Shown here: positions 1-8,223 of the stretch, piece by piece
Numbering within the stretch: position 1 is the stretch's first letter
How the letters are laid out: each line of letters begins with the position of its first letter
Assembly (NCBI GenBank): GCA_947497495.1
Contig: CANMGT010000010.1
Coordinates: 9,689-73,688, forward strand
DNA length: 64,000 bases
Direction of reading: 5' to 3'
Origin: an uncultured Lentibacter sp.
Lineage (GTDB): Bacteria > Pseudomonadota > Alphaproteobacteria > Rhodobacterales > Rhodobacteraceae
The notes under the pieces: model-generated
The model's input: the letters and a program-made list of their open reading frames with translations, nothing else
Told to the model about the DNA's origin: nothing
Database searches by the model: none
Made by a program: the position numbers and the translations under genes

Positions 1-423
1 GCTCTTTGATGTTTTCCATTTGGTCTCTTCTCCCCTTTGAGGCTCAGGCAAAAACGACTCAGGCCTCCCTGGGCTCTTTTGTCGCACCCTTGAGCCAGAA
101 TGGCCAACAACTCTTTCAAAAAGCTGAACAGCCAGCGCCTTTAAGCGCCTCACCGAGAAATTTGCACCACGTTGCCGGTCATCGCCACTGCATTGCGCCC
201 CCTGCCAAAGGCTATTCCGGCAAATCCTTATCAAACTGTTAACGTCTGGGAAACAAAGGTTAACAATACAGAGGATCGGTTCCAAAAGCCTTAAAAATAA
301 GCTCCATTATCCTTTATTCCGCCTCATTTCCGCCACAGATCTCGGGCAAAAGAAATGGTGGATTAATGTATCAAAGGTCTGCCTTTTGCAGACATTCGGG
401 CACAGCCCGGAGAGTGAGGAACC

Positions 424-2037
424 ATGAAAGAGATCAACGTCTCAAAGCAACTCGGTGAAACCGCATATCGCACCCGCCCCGGGCGCGGTTTGCAGCGCCA
501 TTTGCGCGCGTTCTACAATGACGAGAGCGGCGTTATCGTCGCCTTCTCGGTCTGGTTCATGCTCATGATTCTCTTCGTGGGGGCCCTCGGCGTTGACGTT
601 ATGCGCTTTGAAACGCACCGAACGCGCCTTCAAAGCGCGCTCGACCAAGCTGTTCTCGCCGCCGCTGACCTTGATCAGACGCTCCCGCCCACACAGGTTG
701 TCGCCAGCTATCTTGACAAGTTCGACATCGACGCAGACCTGACTTCAACTGTTGTTGACGAAGGCCTGACCCACCGCAAAGTGACAGCAATCGCAAAACA
801 GGACGTGCCAACCCAACTTGTGCACATGCTGGGTGTCGACAAGTTCGTCGCGCCTGCCTTGTCAGCCGCTGAAGAGCGCGTCGACAATGTCGAGATCTCG
901 CTGGTGCTGGACGTGTCCGGCTCGATGTCAGGTAACAAACTCTCGCGCCTCAAAGTCGCGGCCAAAGAGTTTGTCACCTCCATTCTGCCGCTGAACCAAG
1001 CGAATGATATCACGATCTCGATCATCCCATACGCAACCCAAGTTGCCGCGGGTGAACACCTGCTCGACGAGCTGCGCGTTTCGGAAGGGCATGACTATTC
1101 GTCTTGCGTGAATATCAACACCAACGACTTCAACGACAACAGCTTTGATCTGAAGGGTTCGTCGTCACGCGAGTATGAGCAAACACAGCACTTTGATGTG
1201 TTCTCCTATTCCGAGGGCGAGCTTGACATGCCGATCTGCCCGTCTGATCCGGCCATGGCGATCACGCCACTCTCGAACGACCCTGTCGCACTCCACGCAG
1301 CGATCGACGCTTTGACGGCGGGTGGCAACACGTCTATCGACCTTGGCATCAAATGGGGCGCAGCAATGCTCGACCCGAACATGCGCCCTGCCATTCAGGG
1401 GATCATCGAAGACGGCGTCGTTGATGCCCGCTTCTCCAACCGTCCGCTCGCCTACAGCGGCTCTGATGTGATCAAGGTGATGGTTGTGATGACGGATGGT
1501 CAGAACACAACCCAATACCGCCTTGCCGACCACCTGCGCACAGGTATGTCAAACGCTTGGTACAACCCGACCAACGGCCGCTATGGCGCCTACAGCCCGA
1601 GCAACGACAGATACTACGTGCAAGACGCCTCCGGGAACAGCCGTGTCAAAACGACCAATTCGTTCACATCGCCGCCAACCGACTATGTGCGCTTGTCTTA
1701 CCAAGACCTGTACGCGCAAGCGTCAGCGGCCTGGATCGCCTATTACATCTTTGGCCCGATCGACAGCAACGCTTGGGAAAAATACTACACCAATGCGAGC
1801 GACGTCGTGCATCCTGGCAGCTCAAAAGACGGCCACACACAAACGATGTGCAACTCGGTCAAGCAATCGAATGTTGTTGTCTACACCATCGGGTTTGAAG
1901 CCCCTAAACATTCGCAGAACCTTCTGGAATCCTGTGCCAGCACAAGAAGCCACTTCTTTGACGTAGAAGGTGTCGAAATCGAAGATGCTTTCTCTGCCAT
2001 CGCCCAATCCATTAGCCAACTGAAGTTGATCCAATGA
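424..2037 (+). CDS. tadG: TadG-like pilus assembly protein (N-terminal Tad pseudopilin segment plus vWA domain)
   Basis: Prepilin-like ESG|VIVAFSVWF hydrophobic segment, AxDxAVLAAA Tad motif, vWA MIDAS motif LVLDVSGSM, later VMTDG and VYTIGF motifs. Confidence 0.85.
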   Translation: MKEINVSKQLGETAYRTRPGRGLQRHLRAFYNDESGVIVAFSVWFMLMILFVGALGVDVMRFETHRTRLQSALDQAVLAAADLDQTLPPTQVVASYLDKFDIDADLTSTVVDEGLTHRKVTAIAKQDVPTQLVHMLGVDKFVAPALSAAEERVDNVEISLVLDVSGSMSGNKLSRLKVAAKEFVTSILPLNQANDITISIIPYATQVAAGEHLLDELRVSEGHDYSSCVNINTNDFNDNSFDLKGSSSREYEQTQHFDVFSYSEGELDMPICPSDPAMAITPLSNDPVALHAAIDALTAGGNTSIDLGIKWGAAMLDPNMRPAIQGIIEDGVVDARFSNRPLAYSGSDVIKVMVVMTDGQNTTQYRLADHLRTGMSNAWYNPTNGRYGAYSPSNDRYYVQDASGNSRVKTTNSFTSPPTDYVRLSYQDLYAQASAAWIAYYIFGPIDSNAWEKYYTNASDVVHPGSSKDGHTQTMCNSVKQSNVVVYTIGFEAPKHSQNLLESCASTRSHFFDVEGVEIEDAFSAIAQSISQLKLIQ

Positions 2038-2567
2038 GACATATAGCAAAGCATATCCGCCGCTTTCAGCGTGACGAAGAAGGCAACGCAACACTCGAAT
2101 TTGCGATCCTGTTTCCTTTCTTCATCATCATGTTCTGCGCCGCCGTCGAGCTGGGAATGATCACCTTCCGCCACTCGATGCTCGAACGCGGCCTCGACAT
2201 GGCCGTGCGTGACGTGCGCCTGACAACAGGGGCAGACATCCAGCACGACGATATCGTGACGCGCATCTGTGGCTACTCTGGCTTTTTGCCAGACTGTAGT
2301 GACAACCTGCGCCTCGAGATGATCCCCCTCGATATGCGCAACTTCGCCTCGGCGAGCACGACAGCCAACTGCGTTGACCACTCGCTGGCGGCAAACCCGA
2401 TCCGTCAGTTTACCAACGGCCAGCAAAACCAGATGATGCTGCTGCGCGCATGTTTCGTGTTCAAGCCGGTCTTCCCGCTGACAGGCCTTGGCCGCCATCT
2501 GACGACTGATGGCGCAGGCCACGCCGCCATGGTCGCCACATCGGCCTTTGTACAGGAGCCGCTATAA
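2034..2567 (+). CDS. tadE: TadE/TadF family pseudopilin
   Basis: RRFQRDEEG|NATLEFAILFP class-III signal with E+5; overlaps tadG stop (ATGA). Confidence 0.85.
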   Translation: MRHIAKHIRRFQRDEEGNATLEFAILFPFFIIMFCAAVELGMITFRHSMLERGLDMAVRDVRLTTGADIQHDDIVTRICGYSGFLPDCSDNLRLEMIPLDMRNFASASTTANCVDHSLAANPIRQFTNGQQNQMMLLRACFVFKPVFPLTGLGRHLTTDGAGHAAMVATSAFVQEPL

Positions 2568-3127
2568 TGGTCTGGTCATATATCAAATCCCGCCTCAAAG
2601 CCTTCCGCGACGAAACCGGTGGCACAGTCTCGGTCGAATTCATCGTGATGGCGCCGATCGTCTTCTGGGCCTACGCCTCGATGTTCTCATGGTTTGACGC
2701 CTACCGCCAAGTCGGTGTGCATGAAAAGTCGGCCTTCACTATTGCTGACATGATCAGCCGCGAGACAGACCCGTTGACGCCGGACTATATCGACGCAACA
2801 CGCGAGTTGGTCGCATTTCTGACGCGCGCCAATTCGCAGCCTGATTTGCGTGTCTCGGTGATCCGCTATGTGAAAAAGAAAGATCTGTTCCGCCTCGACT
2901 GGTCGCAAAAACGCGGCAATATGGAAAAGCTGCGCAACGCCGACGTGAAAAACTGGCATGACAAATTGCCAGATATGGTGAACGGCGAACGCATTATTCT
3001 GGTCGAGACAAAACTGTCTTACACGCCGCCGTTTCTCTACGGGTTGATGGAAGACAATACGATCAGAACATTCGTCTTCGCGCGCCCCCGATTTGCCCCA
3101 CAAGTGCGCTTCGAGGTTAACGGATAA
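2567..3127 (+). CDS. TadE/TadF family pseudopilin
   Basis: FRDETG|GTVSVEFIVMAP prepilin-like motif; coupled to the previous gene (TAATG). Confidence 0.8.
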   Translation: MVWSYIKSRLKAFRDETGGTVSVEFIVMAPIVFWAYASMFSWFDAYRQVGVHEKSAFTIADMISRETDPLTPDYIDATRELVAFLTRANSQPDLRVSVIRYVKKKDLFRLDWSQKRGNMEKLRNADVKNWHDKLPDMVNGERIILVETKLSYTPPFLYGLMEDNTIRTFVFARPRFAPQVRFEVNG

Positions 3128-3132
3128 GCTTG

Positions 3133-3627
3133 CTAGTCCGTCAACACAGACAGGCCGAGGTGCTTTTCCAGCGTCTCGGCCATTTTTTTGGCCTGCGACG
3201 CGCTTGCCGCCCCGCCGATCGCGGCTCTTTGCCCGGCGCGCCACCACAGCCCGACCCGCCAGCACGGCGTGGCTTCTGTCTTTAGCTTCAAAGAAAACCC
3301 GTTTGAGGGGCGCAGGGAAAAGTGCCCGCGCTCGACTTCGACAATCTCTTCAAGCGCCACGATCACCTCGCCCGAACTGTCAAGCAAGGCCTCGCTGGTC
3401 AGCCGCACAACCAGCCCCGTGTCGCGGTAAAGCCTGAACGCACCGAGCAGCAAAACCAGCGCCATAGCCCAGACGAGCACTTGCAACACTGGCCCCTGTG
3501 GCGGCTCAAACATCGCCGTCCCAAGCAGCAGCGTGCCCGAGACAGCCACAGCCGCCGCCCCGACAAAGCGGCGCAAGGGGCTGACGGATATCTCGGCCAG
3601 TGTCTGACTTGTCTGACGCTCGCTCAT
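3133..3627 (-). CDS. Hypothetical membrane protein (two N-terminal TM helices)
   Basis: 164-aa ORF filling the gap between convergent genes; two hydrophobic segments. Confidence 0.6.
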   Translation of the reverse strand: MSERQTSQTLAEISVSPLRRFVGAAAVAVSGTLLLGTAMFEPPQGPVLQVLVWAMALVLLLGAFRLYRDTGLVVRLTSEALLDSSGEVIVALEEIVEVERGHFSLRPSNGFSLKLKTEATPCWRVGLWWRAGQRAAIGGAASASQAKKMAETLEKHLGLSVLTD

Positions 3628-3660
3628 ACTGTGGCTCTCCCTGTGGCCTGCGCCGGCCGT

Positions 3661-4605
3661 TTAAAACTTCGGCACAACTTCCGCGCCGCGCTCTTCGGGT
3701 TCATCATCCACCATCTCGGCCGGAAAGCCCGGCGCGGTGACATCAAGCCCCGTCGCCTCTTCGAGCCGTTTGATGATGTTCGGGCTCAACTCGCGTGGCC
3801 CGAACCGCGCGATGCCGTCCTGGAAAATACTGATCAGCAACGGGTTCAGCTCAAGCGGCACACCCGCGCGGTCAGCCACCTCCTGAAACAAGCCAATGTC
3901 TTTGGCAACCAAATCCATCGTAAAGGAAATATCGCGCGACCCGTTCAAGATAACCTGCCCTTCGGTCTCATGCACAAACGAGTTGCCCGAAGAAATCGCC
4001 ATCGCCTCATAGGCCACATTCAGGTTCATCCCCGCGCCCTTGGCCACAGTCAGAGCCTCCGCGACAGACACAAGGTTTGCCGTCGCCAGAAAGTTCGTCA
4101 ACACCTTCAGAACCGAGGCCGAGCCCAGATCACCGGTGTGCAAAACCCGCCGGCCCATAATGGTCAGGATCGGCAGAATGCGCTCGAATGTCGCCCTGTC
4201 GCAGCCCGCAAAAATAGCGATATTGCCGGTGTCCGCACGGTGGCATCCCCCCGACACAGGGCAGTCAACCGCCGCGCCGCCCGCCGCAATCACAGCCTCG
4301 CCCAAGCGCTTCACTTCGGCCTCATCCGTGGTGCTCATCTCCAGCCAGATCTTGCCCTCGCGCACTTCCGGCAGCATCTCTTCCACGACAAGCGCACAGG
4401 CCGCAGGGCTTGGCAGACAGGTGATCACAACATCGCAGTCGCGCATCATCACAGCAGGGCTACCCCCCGCCACAGCGCCCTTTGCAACCTTGCCCGCCAC
4501 AAGCTCGGCGTCCAAATCATGCACAACCAGCTCAACGCCATTGCGCAGCAAACTGCCCGACAACTTGCCGCCTACATTCCCAAGTCCGATAAATCCGATT
4601 TTCAT
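3661..4605 (-). CDS. NAD(P)-dependent beta-hydroxyacid dehydrogenase (3-hydroxyisobutyrate dehydrogenase family)
   Basis: Start moved to MKIGFIGLGNVG (Rossmann motif); DCPVSGG and KVLTNFL family motifs. Confidence 0.85.
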   Translation of the reverse strand: MKIGFIGLGNVGGKLSGSLLRNGVELVVHDLDAELVAGKVAKGAVAGGSPAVMMRDCDVVITCLPSPAACALVVEEMLPEVREGKIWLEMSTTDEAEVKRLGEAVIAAGGAAVDCPVSGGCHRADTGNIAIFAGCDRATFERILPILTIMGRRVLHTGDLGSASVLKVLTNFLATANLVSVAEALTVAKGAGMNLNVAYEAMAISSGNSFVHETEGQVILNGSRDISFTMDLVAKDIGLFQEVADRAGVPLELNPLLISIFQDGIARFGPRELSPNIIKRLEEATGLDVTAPGFPAEMVDDEPEERGAEVVPKF

Positions 4606-4697
4606 AGCGCTCTCCCGTTTTTCAAACATCCTTGCTGTGCCCTTCCCGCCTTGCAAGCCCCCAAACGACGCGCGTCTGCCGTTTTTCATGCCCCTCT

Positions 4698-4721
4698 GCT
4701 TTTTCTTGACAAAAATACTCA
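4698..4721. repeat. 24-nt dispersed intergenic repeat GCTTTTTCTTGACAAAAATACTCA
   Basis: 22/24 identical to 19830-19853; looser copy at 16121-16144. Confidence 0.6.
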
Positions 4722-4768
4722 TAACCGGCGCCTTGCCACGGGCGAAGCGCCCCCATAGGCTCACGCCC

Positions 4769-5947
4769 ATGTCATGGCCTTCCAACACCTCCCCCCAACG
4801 CGACGGCGACGCAGACGCCGGCTTTGAAATCACCGACGACTTCAAACCATTCACTCAGCGCAACGACGTCTTCACACGCGCCTTCTGGGACGCGCGCGTG
4901 CGCAACAAAAACACCGACGCCTTCTTTGCCTCCTACCGCATGGAAGCCACCCCGCGGCGCGGCGACGGGTTTTCACAACGCGACTTTGCCCTGCGCAACG
5001 CGGCGTGGCTGATCTCCGATGTCGTCTCCGACAGAAACGCCGCTCTCGGCGAGCGCGAGGGCTTTCAAGCGCCCATCCGCGCCGATACGCCCGTCGCCCC
5101 CGAGCAGCTCGCCATCGAAGACATCACCGAGATGTCGCGCGAGATCAAACAGATCGCCACGTTCTTCGGGGCCAGCCTCTGTGGCATCACCGATCTGGAC
5201 GACCGCTGGCTCTACGAGAGCCGCGTTGACACCCGTGACATGTCCGACGCGCCCAACACCCTGCCCGAAGGCCTCACCTCGGTCATCGTCTTGGGCCACG
5301 AGATGGACGAGGGGCTGGTCGAAACCTACCCCTCCGCCCTCGCCGGTGCCGCCACAGGGCGCGAGTATTCCCACGAAGCCGCCATCGTCATGCAAACCGC
5401 GGCCTATATCCGCAACCTCGGCTATGAGGCTGTAGCGAGCATGAACGACACAGGCCTCGTCATCCCCCTCGCCATCAAGGCAGGGCTTGGTGAATATGGC
5501 CGCAACCAGATGGTGCTGACTCCCGAGTTCGGCCCGCGCCTGCGCTTCTCCAAGATCCTCACCAACATGCCGCTCGCCCATGACGCCCCCAAGCGCCCCG
5601 GCTTTGCCAGGTTCTGCGACATCTGCACCCGCTGCGCAGACGCCTGCCCCGTCAAGGCGCTGCCGTTTGGGGCACCCGAGTTTGGCGGCAAAAACCAAAG
5701 CGCCATTCAAGGCGTCAAGAAATGGACGTCGGACGCTGAAAAGTGCTTTGGCTTCTGGGCAAAGCTCAGCTCGGATTGCGCAATCTGTATGCGCGTCTGT
5801 CCGTTCAACCGCGACTTTTCCAAATGGTATAACCGCGCCTGGCGCGGCCTTGCCCTGTCACGGTTCCGCAGGCTTGCGCTCAGGCTCGCCAAAACGCCAG
5901 CCCGTCTCAAACCTGTCGACTGGTGGGCAAAGGTGCGCGGCACATAA
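4769..5947 (+). CDS. Reductive dehalogenase (RdhA) family protein, cobalamin/2x[4Fe-4S], no Tat signal
   Basis: AGLGEYGRNQMVLTPEFGPRLRFSKILTNMPL motif; CDICTRCADACP and CFGFW...CAICMRVCP cluster motifs; start moved to ATG at 4769. Confidence 0.8.
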   Translation: MSWPSNTSPQRDGDADAGFEITDDFKPFTQRNDVFTRAFWDARVRNKNTDAFFASYRMEATPRRGDGFSQRDFALRNAAWLISDVVSDRNAALGEREGFQAPIRADTPVAPEQLAIEDITEMSREIKQIATFFGASLCGITDLDDRWLYESRVDTRDMSDAPNTLPEGLTSVIVLGHEMDEGLVETYPSALAGAATGREYSHEAAIVMQTAAYIRNLGYEAVASMNDTGLVIPLAIKAGLGEYGRNQMVLTPEFGPRLRFSKILTNMPLAHDAPKRPGFARFCDICTRCADACPVKALPFGAPEFGGKNQSAIQGVKKWTSDAEKCFGFWAKLSSDCAICMRVCPFNRDFSKWYNRAWRGLALSRFRRLALRLAKTPARLKPVDWWAKVRGT

Positions 5948-6059
5948 CCCTACCCTGCACATAACCGTGCATTTTTGCACAGATACCGTCAGTTTCCGCA
6001 GAATTGCGCAAACCCTTACGCGGCCCTAGCTTGTGATCACCCCAGCAAGGAGCAAGCCC

Positions 6060-6971
6060 ATGTCGATCCGCCCCGTTCTTGAAGCCCGCAAAACCACCCC
6101 CACCCTTGAGGGCGCAGGCGTGCATTTGCACCGCGCTTTCGGCTTTCATGACCCGAGCGAACTTGACCCGTTCCTGCTGTTTGACGACTTTCGCAACGAT
6201 GACCCCGCCAAGTTCGAGAAGGGCTTTCCGTGGCACCCGCATCGCGGCATCGAGACAATTACCTATGTTCTTTCCGGCGACATCGCCCATGCTGACAGCC
6301 TCGGCAACACAGGCACCCTCGGCGCGGGCGACGTGCAGTGGATGACGGCAGGCTCGGGCATCATGCATCAGGAAATGCCCTCGCCGAACCCCACAGGCCA
6401 GATGCACGGCTTCCAGCTCTGGGCCAACCTGCCAGCCAACCTCAAGATGACAGACCCGCGCTACCAAGACGTCGAGGCGCGCGAGATCCCCGAGATTACC
6501 GATGATGACGGCACCCATGTGCGCGTCGTGACGGGCGAGTTCTGGGGCAAGCGCGGGCCGGTTGACGGCATCGCCGCCGATCCGCAGTATCTCGACATCA
6601 GCATCCCCGCTGGCGTGAAGAAAACCCTGCCCGTCGACACCTACCGCCGCGCCTTTGCCTACGTGTTTGAAGGCTCTGCTGCCTTTGCCGACGCCAGCGC
6701 ACCCACAGGTGTTTTGCTCGAAAAAGAGGTGATGGGCGAAGAAGTCAACATCCGCGACATGTCGGGCAACCGCACGCTCATCCGCTTTGGCACAGGCGAC
6801 GAGATCACCGTGCAAGCGGGCGAGGAGGGCGTGCGCTTTCTGCTCATCTCCGGCGCGCCCCTGCAAGAGCCTGTGGCGTGGCACGGCCCGATCGTGATGA
6901 ACACCCGCGAGGAGATCCGCCAAGCGGTGCGCGACTTGCAAAACGGTACCTTCATCAAGCCCGCACACTGA
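6060..6971 (+). CDS. Pirin family protein
   Basis: DPFLLFDDF, GFPWHPHRGIETITY, QWMTAGSGIMHQE, GPIVMNT motifs; AAGGAG SD upstream. Confidence 0.92.
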   Translation: MSIRPVLEARKTTPTLEGAGVHLHRAFGFHDPSELDPFLLFDDFRNDDPAKFEKGFPWHPHRGIETITYVLSGDIAHADSLGNTGTLGAGDVQWMTAGSGIMHQEMPSPNPTGQMHGFQLWANLPANLKMTDPRYQDVEAREIPEITDDDGTHVRVVTGEFWGKRGPVDGIAADPQYLDISIPAGVKKTLPVDTYRRAFAYVFEGSAAFADASAPTGVLLEKEVMGEEVNIRDMSGNRTLIRFGTGDEITVQAGEEGVRFLLISGAPLQEPVAWHGPIVMNTREEIRQAVRDLQNGTFIKPAH

Positions 6972-7045
6972 TCACAAAGCCATCGCCCGCAGCGCCCAAC
7001 GCGCGCCGCATTAAGTTAATTTGCGTTAAGACTTTCGCGCAAATC

Positions 7046-7107
7046 GTATGCACGCGTTATGCACTGCGTTCTGCATAGATAGCTGCATAGCTTAGGCACG
7101 GCCGTTT
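7046..7107. repeat. 62-nt intergenic element with helically phased TGCA motifs (copy A)
   Basis: Ungapped 51/62 identity to 23918-23979. Confidence 0.75.
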
Positions 7108-7161
7108 CTGAACGCCAGAATGTGTTAACGCGCCTGTGCGCTATGTTAACGATTGGGCCGC

Positions 7162-7857
7162 TCAGAGCCCCAAAAGCGCGGGCAAATGGCCGATATCGGG
7201 CAGCACCACGTCGCAATGCGGGCTCAGCTCGGCCTCTGTTGCCATGCCCGTCAGCACGCCAACACAGCGCATTCCGGCGGCACGGCCCGCACGCAAGTCA
7301 TGCAGGCTGTCGCCCACCATAACCACAGCGCTCGCGGCAAGCCCCACAGCCTCACAGAAGCCCAAAAGCTGCCCCGGCGCAGGCTTGCCGCCATAGCCGC
7401 TGTCAAAGCCTGCGATGAAGTCAAACGCCTCCGTAATTCCCGCCGCCCCGAGGTGTGCGAGCGCGGGCATCTGCGCGTCATTTGTGGCCACTCCAAGCTT
7501 TAGCTCAGCCGCTCTGAGCTGTGCCAGAAGCGGCTTTAGCGGCACGGCTTCAGCCTGCGGCGCATGGGCGGCTTCCTCGTTCAGAACATCGGCGATCTCG
7601 GTCTTCGAAAGCTGTGGGAGCGCTTCTGCGATCGCCTCCACGATCTCCCCCGGCGTGCCTGCAATAACAACGCTTGTCGGCAGGAATGACTGGCTGTCGT
7701 AGTCAAAACCAACCAAGTCGGACAACTCTCGCGCATGGGCCTCGTCCCGCCCCAAGCGGTTGAGAAACGCCAGCGCCCAGGCTTCCCATGTGCTGGCGAA
7801 ATCAAACAGCGTGCCGTCTTTGTCAAAGATCACGCCTCTTACGTCTTGCATGCTCAT
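7162..7857 (-). CDS. HAD family hydrolase (phosphoglycolate phosphatase-like)
   Basis: IFDKDGTLFD motif I, GVATND, GKPAP, MVGDSLHD. Confidence 0.9.
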   Translation of the reverse strand: MSMQDVRGVIFDKDGTLFDFASTWEAWALAFLNRLGRDEAHARELSDLVGFDYDSQSFLPTSVVIAGTPGEIVEAIAEALPQLSKTEIADVLNEEAAHAPQAEAVPLKPLLAQLRAAELKLGVATNDAQMPALAHLGAAGITEAFDFIAGFDSGYGGKPAPGQLLGFCEAVGLAASAVVMVGDSLHDLRAGRAAGMRCVGVLTGMATEAELSPHCDVVLPDIGHLPALLGL

Positions 7858-8138
7858 GTCCAGTTTATCTGCTCGCCACCGGGGAGGGCCGCGCGGGCGC
7901 GCATCGGCTCATCGTACTTCAGGTTTTCAGCGTCGCAGAAGGCCATGATCCAGGCATCGTCCATCAAAAGGAAGTCAAGCACCGAGCCAAGGAAGGCCGG
8001 ATCGGAGGCCTGCTGGCGAAAATCGTCCACCGCGGCGCCGCTCGCGCCCATGAAAACCGGCATCAGCTCGTCATTCCCGGCAAGCCAGGTGAGCGCTTTT
8101 ATGCCGATAATTTCGGCGGCTTCCCGCGTTTTCACCAT
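7854..8138 (-). CDS. DUF3572 family protein
   Basis: AEIIGIKALTWLA...FLGSVLDFLLMDDAWI pattern; position divergent from the pleD-like gene. Confidence 0.75.
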   Translation of the reverse strand: MVKTREAAEIIGIKALTWLAGNDELMPVFMGASGAAVDDFRQQASDPAFLGSVLDFLLMDDAWIMAFCDAENLKYDEPMRARAALPGGEQINWT

Positions 8139-8223
8139 TTTTAAACATCCTCGAAAGGTTTTCTTAACTTCTTTTGCGAAATGATGAACGCGATAACAAG
8201 TGGAAAGGGAGCTTTAGGCTAAA

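Noticed and set aside
3322-4758. Long opposite-strand or alternate-frame ORFs (also 10188-11777, 13972-15171, 16038-17258, 22908-23807)
   Set aside because: They overlap well-supported genes, have no motifs and have Arg/Ala/Pro-rich composition typical of high-GC shadow ORFs.
4040-4768. 243-codon N-terminal extension of the rdhA ORF in the track
   Set aside because: It is the antisense shadow of the dehydrogenase gene; RdhA-like sequence begins at ATG 4769.
4769-5947. Epoxyqueuosine reductase QueG as the alternative call
   Set aside because: The second cluster motif (CFGFW...CAICMRVCP) and the RDFALRNAAW region look RdhA-like and the QueG GCDxCQ motif is absent; a phylogeny is needed to exclude it fully.
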